Made by a program: the position numbers and the translations under genes. This document shows positions 22,574 through 34,969 of a stretch of DNA of 41,566 nt, in pieces. The notes below the pieces were generated by a model, which saw only the letters and a list, made by a program, of their open reading frames with translations, ran no database searches and had not been told where the DNA came from. Source of the stretch: Bigelowiella natans CCMP2755 (taxonomy: Eukaryota; Protista; Cercozoa); NCBI GenBank assembly GCA_000320545.1, contig ADNK01000308.1:1-41566 (forward strand), in the 5' to 3' direction. How positions within the stretch are numbered: position 1 is the stretch's first letter; every line of letters starts with the position of its first letter.

Positions 22574-23593
22574 TATCGGGAGCAGTGAATGCAGACATGG
22601 CTGCATAATTGACTTAAGATAATGACGGAAAATCTTGTGTATAAAAGTTGCCCTTACGCTTCATTCAATTATGTTCACTTAAATCATATTTTCTAACCAG
22701 AACGAAGTGAAATTTATAGCGAGACTCTTCTCCAAGCAATTACCGTCGACCTATCGAAAAATCAGCCACGAATAGGTGTCATCACACGCTTTTGGATTCA
22801 TCAAGTTTCTAACATCTACATATGTGATGTTATGTTTGTTTTTAATCAATAAGTGTGGCGCGTGACTAGAAAAGATTACATACTAATTCATGATTTTCGA
22901 TTGGTCATAATCTAAATTTTACTACAAATCCATACATCGTTTTCTCCAGCAAACACAACATGAGCGCTGTAGCCAGCTTTGCAAAACTACATTAGGATGA
23001 CTATGAAAAATGTAGTCTCTTCATCACATTTGTCTCATGTCGTTATTTCTCTCTACTGTGCTCCCCCTCCCTAGCCCCCCCTTGCTCTCTGTCTTCCTCT
23101 CTAGCATGCAACGTTGAAATGTGCACGTGCAGCAGCTAGCTAGCTAGCCAGCCAGCCACGTGTACATGTGATGTCGTCATCGCTAGATCGCTAGAGCGAT
23201 ACTAGTGGTGCTGCAACGATGTGATGATAACGCTTTTGAGCCATGGACTTTGTGCAGCACTAGCAGAGCGCCAGTACACCGACTCCATTGCTCTAGTGCT
23301 CCTTCGCCAGTTCAGCTTTATGTCTTCTGCTAGCTCTAGAGCTAGCTATCCTTCTACACGAGTTCAGGCTCATCACGCAGCACAATTCTAGCGTGGCAGT
23401 GGCATGCAGAGTGCAACATCATCAATCATTGACATGAGTTTGTCAGCAACACAAATGTACAAACAGCTCCAGAACTACGATGTGCGCCATCACATGCAAC
23501 AAAATGGAATATGATGAAAATTCAAAAAACAACTTCAACACACAAGCTTTCTTTGTGTGCAATTAATTTGACTAATTTGCAATCAGTTTCCGA

Positions 23594-26419
23594 TCAGTCA
23601 TTGCTAGATTGCTGCGCACACACCTGTGCGTAATTCAGATTTCCCCCCATGCTAGCATGATGCCTGCTCCTTCTCTCATATTCTCCCTGTCTCGTTCTGT
23701 TCTTGTTGCCATCTAGGATCATGCCACAGCGCTGATCTAAAAGCTCATTACTAAGTGTTCTTGGACTCGGATCTTCTTGCATCTAGAAATTGGCACATTT
23801 TGGTACACGGCGGAGTTATTGGTTGAAACAAAAATCTTAAATTGCGTAGGATTATTGGGAACCACATTGAGGAAGAAAAGACAACTGTTGGTAAATCATC
23901 AGTCGATTACCTCCTACTTCATCATTCTCCACTATTGTATCCATGGAAACTAGATATAATAATTGTACCAAATAGAATTAAGCACTTAGATCATGGTTCA
24001 CCATATGAGAAACTCCAACAATCTATGCATAACGGACCAAAACTGAGGAGTTTTTCCAACGCTTGTCTCGGGGGAGTTGAAACTTGCAACATGGGTTCTA
24101 CAATTCGGAAACAAGAGATATATGAGAGCTAATCACGTATAAGTATCTTTGAGGATACTCAATACGACCTTTTCCATCTTCAATTTCACATTTTATCGAT
24201 GATCTTGCTTCGACTTTGAATCTTCCTTCAGGTCCTCCCAAATTCACTAATCATGAAGTAAAAAGCAAGAAAATATACTGGTTCATTTTCCATATGTTCT
24301 CTCAATATAGTGGTAAAAAATTGCTTAAAAACGAAATCGATCCCTAATACCAGGTGCCTCAAATTTAGAATGTAATTTCCCGGACACTATAGCCTTTAAA
24401 AAAAAAAATTACTTGGTTAAATTTTGATTTTTGTTTTAGACACTTTTAAATAATGAGACTTGGACTATATGCAGAATGGTGTTTGTGGAGACGCGGTTCA
24501 TACCATAAATTATTGGGAAAATAAGACTTATTTTGCTGTTGTGCATACTACAAGCGAATGCCCAATGTGATGTGAATATACGTAAAACCGTTGCAGCGTC
24601 AGGGTGGGTTTCAATTTTGATATTTCCCTGAGAATTCAAATTGATGTTGAGATTTAGAAGTGTGCATCGAAAGTGAAATCCCGACAAGAGAATACCTCGC
24701 TCCCTTTGGCAAATTTAAACTTTCCTGAAATTTTAAAATACACTCCATGTGAATTCAGACTCAAACTTGATGTAGGACATACCTTCATACTCTCTCAGAT
24801 GAATCTGGTCCGCTTCCACAATACAAAACTTGTATTTTCCCTTCGATAAACAGCGACAAATCGATCATGAGGTGATGTTCCGACTGAATAAAATTAGTCT
24901 GCAGCACCTGTCGCAATCCGTCTTGGTCCGTACCTAATCCGTACCTGCGACAAGAAAGTGCAGAACGTTCGTACGTACGATTTCAGGCTGCGATGGAGCA
25001 TTAACGTTCAGCGTCGCTTTCTAACCGAAGATAGCAGTTTTCAGATTCCCCGAATTTTGAGCCTCGGCTAGGAATATCGTTTGGGTCGGAGAAAAATTCA
25101 AACCTAATCAAAGCGATTTTGCTAGATGATGACGACACAATATCATCCTGAATATACAACACGAGTCAAAGACACAAGCTCACAATGCCTACCCAGTCTG
25201 TATGCCACAAGTCCACCTAGGAGCTACGTAGTTCACTGGTAGAACCTAGCCAATCGATATAAATTTCAACGAAGAGCCTATTCACGTCGATATGGTGGGG
25301 GCATTGTACGCAGAAGGCTAGCAATGAATTTATTCTACCGCTCCGTATTTGCTCTTTGGCCGATCTTCAGCGACAACTGTGCATCAATGTTAAAACATCC
25401 CAGAAGAAAGCGTGAGGGTTTTATTCGGCACCTTAGTCGGGAAAACGGTTCGAATTCTTACGTTCAAGTTGCAGCACATATCCGACCTGGTCCACTCGAA
25501 ATAGTCTCAGGTGTGCAGAACACCTGCAATAATGATGCAAGTAGATGATGCTATCGACATAGATATTTCAGATTTTAATAAAACATGCTACGAACTTCGT
25601 TGGCGCTCCCTTCGGGCTGGATCCTATAAATTAATTGGGGGAAAGGCGAATCTGAGTTCAGCGAGGAGTACATCCACACACATGGACGAGACAGGCTAGA
25701 GACCTTTTACTGACAAAGTCGTTCCGTTGGAATCAACCTATCACCGATAAAAAAATTCAGATTGATGCTCGCGTGACGAACAGAAGGCCGCGATATCTCA
25801 CCATTGCTTGGTCTAGGTTCATATGGAGACGAAGGGAATCAATTTGGACCTTTAGATTCGGGGATCTCCTCGAATAAACGAAGAAAACTAGTAAGTTGAC
25901 GATACCATCTCCATCCATCAGCTCATAAAAACTACCTCTTGGTTAATTTACAACACGAGTTCCCCATGGTTCGCCAGCCCCCCGTGCCTCGTTCAACGAC
26001 CAAGATAGATTACAATGACGTCCTTCAGTTGCCGTTGCTTTGCTCGCTACAGGTTCTCGTGAGGACAGGCCTTTCCCTTCCTGCGACAAGCAAAATACCT
26101 CCTCAGAAATTATGAAACGGAAAACAATTTCGGAAAATTAGGCCCGAGGTTGCTGTATCTGGGTCGATTATCAACCTAGCGATATCCACTACAGCTCACT
26201 CCAGCGCACCTCGTGAGAGTTGATATGAAAATGCGTTGATCTCCCTTAATGTCCGTGACGCATGGTAAAAATACCGTGGTTTTTAATCCCAAAATTGACT
26301 CGCTACAATCGACGAGCTTAAAGTACGTCGGGCTCACCAGGCCTCCGTGGCGTATCCCCGAATGAAACCAGCAGCAGCCAGATGATCTTCATCGTAGTTT
26401 TGCACGCTCTATCACTCAT
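23594..26419 (-). CDS. Multi-exon gene of unknown function
   Basis: A series of short AG..GT-bounded open segments on the minus strand (e.g. NLGGPEGRFKVEARSSIKCEIEDGK, YAQQQNKSYFPNNLWYEPRLH, GKYKFCIVEADQIHLREYE). Possible first exon MSDRACKTTMKIIWLLLVSFG. No family recognised. Confidence 0.5.
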
Positions 26420-26548
26420 ATCGTTTGGAGAGACCCGACATCCTGCACGCGCTATTTCGGCCGTGCATCATCTTGGGAGGGTAACCGAACAAAAATCATT
26501 ACGCGACATGCGGTTGGCACTGGATTGCCTTTGCGCAAAGTATAGAAA

Positions 26549-27282
26549 ATGTTATTCTATGCGATGCTCATGCATCTCTACGATCAGAATTCAATCATTC
26601 CCTACTTACATCAGGAATGGCGACGGCTGTCTTATTCCCGATCATCTCCATCTATCACAGCCGGGATTCTTAGGCTTCTACGTGGCGGAGCCAGGGATAC
26701 TTCATCATTAAAGACTAGAGTTAAGCGAAGACTAAGGGGTGGTCGTACGACTACAGTCACACCAACAGTCTGTGATGATAATAACGGGATGTCAAATTCA
26801 AGTGTTACTACATCACCAGAAGCAGAAGCAGCAGCAGCAGCCTCGACTTTGTCTAGCTCTAACACATCTATTCCGAAGACACCCGAGGAGTTTTTTGAAC
26901 TTTATCGACGCTCGGTGAATAGCACAAGCAATTTAGATCCAGAACTCGATCGCGCCATTGACGAATATCTCGAATCCGAGAATCTCACGGAGAGCGGCAG
27001 CAACAACACAAGTCAGCAGCTGCCTACCACGAAGAAAACCTCGCATCCTTGGGACTATGAGTAATAAATCATTGTTTGGTACTGGTAGCGCTATTTTCTA
27101 ATGTAAGTGTTTTAACTACAGCAAATGGAACGACATCGATTACAGTGACGAGAACGAAAGTCGTGAAGAGGGGGGATCTGATGCTACTTCAGATGTGGCG
27201 GCTGATGTAAGTGAGACGAGAGCGAAAGAAAGAGGGAGATGCTACTTTTGATGTAAATCCTCATTTTATATGTGTGCACACA

Positions 27283-27329
<47 letters not shown>

Positions 27330-28470
27330 GAGAGAGAGATAGAGAGAATTAAAATATGCGAATAACAACTAATGCGGCCACGAATCCAGTGACATTCGTC
27401 TATGGATGTCTCCTGCACGGGTGTATGTATGCCTCTCGCTCTCTCCCTCTCTCCCTCTCTCTCTCTCTCTCTATGTGTGTGTGTGTGTGTGTGTGTTTGT
27501 GTTTGTGATGCGGCTTGATTAAAAATACGTGGATTTAATCATTTGTAGGCTCAAAGAGGCGATCTTGAAGAACCTAGTACACCGTATCTTCGCAATCTCC
27601 AAGGTTGGAAGGGAATATCTTGGATTTTCAATATAAAAGCCTAAACCTGAACGTCACCATGTCCTTTCTATCCTTCTCAGTACTTCTCACTCCCTTCCTG
27701 CCCTCCCTCCCTCCCTCTGTCCCCTTTCGCCCCATCTCTTATTCATGATGAATAATGATGGATCTTCAGGGAGCTGGTTCAGTCAGCACCCAGGACCTGC
27801 AAACCGTACAATTGCACACCATCTGGTCATCAAAGACCGTGTAGCCAAATGGGATGATGGCGAAGTCGCGCCTCTTTACTGGCAGGTTGCTGTGTAGTGA
27901 TGGAAAGCGCAATTGCACCCTGTCATTCTTAGTGTGTCCAGAATGCATATTGATTTTACGAGTAACATGGAAATATGTAAATGACTTATGAATATTATCA
28001 GGTGAGCAGGAATACACTGTGGGTCAATGGATACTGGCTTAATCGACTTCAGGTTTGTATATTCACAATTTATAAACCCATCTGATGGATTCCATTTGAA
28101 ATTCAATGCAGCCAGCCATAGGTGTTTACTTTTGCGTTTGTTCATCGTGCTTCGTCGTAATTATCAGTCAAACAAGTCCTACCTTTGTTGGTGCCGTGGG
28201 AAGATGGTCCAACCGTGGATAAGACCCAAAAATCACACTTCTAACGTTGTACGACCGATATCAAGTAAAATTATGGTGCAACCAAACAATACGTCTTCGT
28301 TTTCTCCTGCTCCGAATTCCACCATCAAGGAATCAGCACGAAAAAGGACACACGTTGACATCAAATATGCAACATCGGCTAATGACATCAACGACATGGC
28401 GAAAGTTAGTAGTGGAGTATCCTCTAGTGCCGCTGCCGTTCATGTCGAAACTAAGAAATTGAAAAGGTGA
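26549..28470 (+). CDS. Multi-exon gene of unknown function with Arg/Ser/Thr-rich leader carrying two LRGG motifs
   Basis: 171-aa first ORF. A GA|GT donor splices in frame to give PWDYDKWNDIDYSDENE. Further exons lead to the stop at 28470. The exact start is uncertain. Confidence 0.6.
27285..27347. repeat. Intronic (TG)n(AG)n microsatellite
   Basis: Read directly from the sequence. Confidence 0.9.
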
Positions 28471-29778
28471 TGACCAGGTACTGGATGGCATTGCACGCAA
28501 CAATGAGGGCGTTCCACTGTCCGTAGTGGCACATCTAGTAGACTTTGACATGTTGGGCCGCGACTGCGCTCTCACATTGCTAGATTGCATCGGAAAGTTG
28601 TGCGATGTGTAGACTCGCTTCGCGCTGATGCTAGGCCAAGCACGATTACATCGATGACATCGCATCATTTTGGTCATGACGTGTGATGTGGTTCATCGAT
28701 GCGTCATTTCGACCATCCAAGCTAGCCAGCCATCCTAGCACAATGTCACAGCCAAGCCTAGATGCTGGTGTGTCATCTGTGTCCGCATTTGAAAGACTGA
28801 CGTTCATGCAGACCAACATGCACGACACTGCCCATCTGCCCACGCTGATCGTGCGTGCAGGTGTGCACCATGTCCACTTGTCGCATGTTTCACGCCCCCT
28901 TGCTAGCCTGCACGCGCAATGTGGTGCGAATTGCACAGTGCACGCAGCATTCACATCGTGGCGACCGTGCAGTTCAAACTAGCAAACAGAGCAGAGAAGA
29001 CCAAAAGAAGCAGTTGAGTGTTGATCGAAAGGCAGAGGTTCAATGACATGAACAGTTTTGGCGTTGCTGGCATGCTGGCATGGAGACATGAATCATCATG
29101 CACGATGACACATTCCAGCGTTGTGTCTCTGCACTGGCACTGGACGCATGTCGAATCGAAGGGGAAAACAAATCCGTCGTGTGTCCGCGTGTGACAACAC
29201 ACATCTTGGAAAAGTCGGCGTCAATTGTTCGGCGTCCGACCTCTCAGGGCTCTCGACAAGGAGAAAAACAAGAATTGTTTCAAGAAGCATTTGTGTGCAG
29301 AACCCGACTTATTCCAGAAAAATCTTCAAAATTCACCAATATAACGAGAATTTTTACCTACGTCAACATTCTCGCCTCGAGACAAAGAAAATATCAAGGT
29401 CGTTTTACTAACATTTTGAGTCAAGATTAAGGCGGGGACGGCCACAAATAACGGCCTTTTTTCAAACAAAGAAATGGACCGCCCAAAAGATATTTTCCCG
29501 CCAGTGCCAGGCGCTACACATACGACAGAGATTTTGCCTCAAATTCGTTCTAATTTAGACGATATTGCGGCTGGAATTCGTGTTTTCATCGACGTCGCCT
29601 TCAAGACCATACGAGCCCGTGCTCGCGTTAACTCGCCCAAACTCGCTTTGCGATGAAAAGCGCAAGTGAGGCTCAATCTTGTGCTGGGATCGCCTGCGTT
29701 CGAAGTATTTTTTTTCGGAATCGTGCTTGATACGTCAATGATACGTAAACCAATCCCGCCAACGATCCCACATCCCAT

Positions 29779-30826
29779 ATGACTATGCGTACCACCGTTG
29801 TACTCTCCGCCCTTACGGCAGCTATCGCCCATGCGTCGATCTCTACCAAGGCTGCATCGAAGGCAGGAACAGCCCTCCCTCCTATGCGCCGCATGCGTCA
29901 GCCTCTCGCCCAGCGTCGCACTGCAGTTCGATCGTCGGAAACTCCTGCTGAAACTCCTGTTGTAGCTGAAGAGCCTGCTCGCCAGGTAAAGACGTCTTGT
30001 CTTCCTATATTGGCGACTCCGTCTTTCCAACCTAATACTTTTCCGTCTTTCTTAGCCATACAAGTTACCCCGTGGGAGTGCTCCAATGGGAGATTACTTT
30101 GACCCACTTGGCCTTTCCAAGGGAAAAGATGAAAGCGAGTTGAAGGTCCTTTAATAAAGAAGAATTGTGAAATAAGTTATATCTCTGTCTGATGGTATCT
30201 CCATCCGATGCCTCTAACATTTTCAATAATGCCTCAGCGATTCAGAGAAGCAGAGATTACGCATTCACGTGTCGCTATGCTTGCATTCCTCGGATTCTTG
30301 TTTCAGGTATTGCAGTTTTCGAAAAATTTGTCGACTATAGTTATCATTATATGCTAGGTTGATCATATTATCTCTCTAAACTCACCAATTTACATCATGA
30401 ACGTAGGAGGCTCTCCTCGACCGCCCTCTGTTTTCCACACCTGAGTTGGGTGGCATTAAGGGTCCTGCTATTTACCACTTCCAGCAAGTCTCCGAACGCT
30501 TCCCACTTTTCTGGGTGGCAACCCTTCCTTTCTTCGCATACTTTGAAAACATCCGTGCTCGTAAGGGTTGGGCAGATCCTACCAAGGGTGGCCCATTGTT
30601 TGGGCTTAAGGAGGATTACACTCCAGGAGACCTAGGGTTCGATCCTTTCCAGGCATATCCTCTTGACAGCAACGGAAAGAAGGCTATGCAAGACAAGGAA
30701 CTTAACAATGGACGCCTTGCTATGCTTGGAGTTGCTGGTCTTATGGCACAGGAGCTTGTAGACGGCAAGACTATGTACGAGGCTCTCAACCTCGACAAGC
30801 TCGTTCCTCCTCACGGACCAATCTAA
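29779..30826 (+). CDS. Light-harvesting complex protein, LI818/LHCSR/LHCX (stress-related) type, with bipartite targeting leader
   Basis: Exons 29779-29985, 30056-30145, 30238-30306, 30407-30826. Motifs FDPLGLS, REAEITHSRVAMLA, GPAIYHFQQV, YTPGDLGFDP, KELNNGRLAMLG. Hydrophobic signal peptide followed by an Arg-rich transit-like peptide. Confidence 0.95.
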
Positions 30827-31732
30827 GTTCCTTCGCGGAGCACTACCGTTACCAAACTTGCAAAGTAAAGAATGAAGCACACAACGTAGACGACACTAAG
30901 TTGTGCCATTCGCAGACATCAAGCTTCGTCAATTTGTCTAGAGCATATGGCCTTCATGTTTGCATGTAACAGTAATTAAAAAACGTGTTTTTAAAAGTCA
31001 TGACCAGCGTCAAGTGCACATGTAGATGTGAACATCAGTCATTTCATGTCTCACCAGTTGACACTGCTAGACTGTGCAATGTGGAAAATGTGCATGCGCA
31101 ACTTAGATGGCTCAAACACTGTGCACCATCAGTCATGTGCGTGTGAGCTGATCTTGAAATGTTGTGGACCTAAAACTGGTGTGACACCAAGCCGATGCAA
31201 ACCACCCGCGAGGATCGGACACCGCTTTTCGGACCTTTCTGGCATTGTTCGGACGCAAAGAACACTGGAACACGCTTTGTGCGCTGCACTGCTACACATG
31301 TTTGCGCATGTCGATCACATACATCTCGAAGATTGTTGCGAAGATCTGTCTGTCACAAGATTATCAAGTTGCAAACATGCCATGTTCGCCGGTGTCTCTT
31401 CGCGTGTGCCAGCGTGTGCGTGCGTGGCACAGCCACACGCCACCATGTAGGCCAGATGAATCCAGTTTCATTGGATGTCCGGTCGCGATCAGGAGCAACA
31501 CATGCTAGCACATGGAGCCTCAGGAAAAAAGAAAGAAAGAAACCAGTGTTTGTTTCCACGGGAGAAGTTGAAAGGAACACGCTGGGTTGTGTCTCGTGTC
31601 TCCAACAATGAATGAAACAATGAATGAAGCCAGCACATTTTCCATGAAAATACAGGATGATTTCACCCTGCGACTTTCCTTGCAGGAAGCTACCGGGAGA
31701 CACACTGATCCGAAATTTCAGATTTTTTCCTC

Positions 31733-34696
31733 ATGAGGCAGGAGAAGGAAAGCACATTGCTAAACTCATGCACCGAAAAGAGATTGCGACAAGCAAATGA
31801 AGTTGTCGCTGTCAATGAAAACGAGGCTGTGAATCAGCTACAATAAGAATGATTTGTTGCACAGCTCGAGCGCTCATCATTACAGTGCAGAGAGGACAAC
31901 ATGCACGCCGTTGTCCGGAGACGATCCTGAACAAGTAGCTCCCAGGTAATGGCCTGCAAGTTGTGTTTGTGTTTTTTTATTTTTTTTCCCTTGAGGCAAC
32001 ATATTTACACGAGTTCAGTTTTGGGAGTTGAAGGCGTGGTGTGCACGTTAAATGCTGCAAGTTTCTCTCATTTTCTCTCTTTCTCCCTCCCTCCCTCCCC
32101 CGTCCCCCTGCTTTCCTGCATTCTCAATTTTGTGCGCCTGTGTTTGTATTTGCATTCTGATTTATGCGGAGAGAAAATTTGTGTACCCACGAAATTCCGG
32201 GCACTACCAAAGGTGATAAGCTAGCGTCGTCACAGTTAAGTCAAGACTGGGATTGTCATGAGCGGGATAGAGCTGAAAGAGGCTTCGACTTACGTCCTCC
32301 CACGCAGAGAGAATGGAGATAGGTTTGAGTTTCAGACACCAGGTTACACCATTTAATTCGGAAAACGATGGAGTTTGAGATATGCTCGTTTGTACAATCA
32401 ATTGTTGTCCAGAACAAGTAGCGGATTTAAACGAGCTGTATCAGAGGCATGTTGCAATGCATGGAGGACAGCGCAAACGGGCCGAAGAGCGAGAGGTGCT
32501 CTGTTAATAATATTCTAGAGTCTTAAAGACGAGAGGGCCCTCACCCTTATCTTCTCTCCTCAACCCCCTTTTATAGTTAAACTTGCTAGTGCGGATAAAT
32601 CGAGTAAAGGACATAGAAGACGATGTGGAGCTTACAGCTTATCTGGCAGATGCTGACGGAGAACCGATGAGGTCCAAATAGACCTACTCTAAATGAATAT
32701 GATATATGTACTAAGTACATATACACTTACATACGCAATTTATAAATAAACATACAACGGGCCGCAAGTGTAAGACTGCCAATGTTTTTTGAAACACAAT
32801 TTAGCGAAACCTTCCAGCTCGCATTGAAGAAAGTGGACTTCGGAAAGGTGGTGCTTAGGCTTTGCTTTCCCCGCCAATGCTAACACAGCTACATGTCAGG
32901 ATTTCTCTCGAGATTTTGCGGCCTGGTTTTTGGTGACGAATATCTTCCTAGAAGACCTCGAAGCAAACTCCCTCCACCTCGTTATACAGGTAATTCTGCC
33001 ATATGTCCCCAAAAATTGTGTCTGATGTCGCGGATTTCCCATTTATTCAGGCTGTGACCGTGCGGCCGTCCTTAAAGTCCGGGGGAAAGCGTGTGGCAGG
33101 GCAGAAATTCCGACAACCATATTCCATCAGTGTGCTCTCGATGCCTTCAAAAGGTGGGTTAATTTGCTCCCTCCCATGCAGGATAAAAGTGTAGCAAATG
33201 GCGGTAATGTGTCGTTTTTGTTCCTGGTAGAGCTTATGACGATGATTCAGTCCTGGGCTAACGGGAAGGACGGCTACGAAGTGGAGGTATATATATATAT
33301 ATATATAAATCCACCTGCAGTTTTAGCCATCATTTTCACCTATCCCCTCGATACGCCGCTACCCGACGAAGTGGGAACTTGAGTCTGGAATTTAAGTGTC
33401 ATCTGTTACGTGCATGCGTTAGGTGGACCTTGAATGCGTGATGGGTACCGAGAGCAGATTTTACGAGACAGCCAAGATGCTCATCGGTGGGGTGGGGGAT
33501 TTGGCGAAGATTCAGTCCGTGAAAGGAGAGATCTCGGTTACCCTCTCCATGTGGTACGGGAAACCATATGCCCCGACCCTTCCGAAGGATGCCAACTTTA
33601 AGAAAGGAGACAACCTCCTCCACCACTTCGTCGCATCGTATGTCTCATTCACCACCACCAACAACAACAAAAAGATGAAACACTCGGAGCTCTTTACTAC
33701 TTTAAATGGCATCGATATAACGGGCCCACTGCCAAAAAAAAGATATATTTGTTTCACTGCTGCCAACCGCTTAACTCTAATTGAGCAAGCGGGCGGCGCC
33801 TCCTCGCTTGCACTGATTATTTGTGTTTTTTGCCGCCCACCCACTGCACTCTTGCTCTCCAGATCAGGAAGCATTGCGAAGAGAAAACGCTTGGGCGATC
33901 CAGCAAATCCAGAGGGAGAGCCGCTGAAGAGTCCTACCCGGGTAGTTTGTGATATGTAGCTGTGGTAGCAAGCTATTCGTATCACCGGGATCGAGAAAAA
34001 CAGTATTGAGTGGAGAGACCATTGTTAGCCATTGGGTTGCTGACACAACATTACCCGTGCTTGCATGCGTTTCTGACATCGCGCCTTCCCCCTCGTCGGT
34101 TTGCAGAGCCCCCCTTATTACGAGCGCAAGTTCGGTCCTAGAGTACTGCGGCTGATCTCCGACGAAAATGGGAACGTCTCGAGCAATATATTGGACTCGC
34201 CGAGAGGTAGAAGCAGCGGCACCAACCGTCTCTCCTTCCAATCACCACAACGACAAGGACGACATAGCATCATGGCACGACGTGGTTCTCCCCCCCCCCC
34301 CCCTCCCCTTCCCCTCCTAATTTATGAATCGCTTGTTTTTTCCTTTGGTTCTATTGGTAACTTGCAATATTTGTTTCTTTGGATCTTTGGGGAAACATTA
34401 CCAACAACACCAACACCAACACAATGATACTACGTGATTGATTCCATATCGGCTGGTGAAAGAATCGAAGTCTTTCCGACCACAATTCGCAAATTTTTCG
34501 AGCTCCGACGTCGTTTCCCGCAGCTCGAAATTTGGTTCCTTGCGGCGTGGCCCGATGAAGAAGACGAACTCCCTTCGAGCCGCCCTTCCTCCCCGCATAT
34601 TTACCAGTCGATAGACATTGCCTAAACAACGAATTTGTTTCCTCAAAATAAATCCTGGCGAGTGTGCTCATATAAGAGTTGGATTGTAGTAGACGT

Positions 34697-34738
<42 letters not shown>

Positions 34739-34916
34739 CCTCTCTCTCTCTTATGGCTAAGTGGTTATTGTTTCGAAAGGTTCTTCAAACATCCAAAGGC
34801 CTCGAACGCAGTTCACGCTGGACAGAGAGGCGCTCCCTGCATGCGAGACGAGAGGACCGAGATTGGATCTCGATTTCGTCACGGTGGGCGTTGTGGCATG
34901 ATTGTATTTATTTTGC

Positions 34917-34969
<53 letters not shown>

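Noticed and set aside
24781-24845. CBM20 starch-binding domain suggested by YKFCIV
   Set aside because: The WE..NR motif and other CBM20 features were not found.
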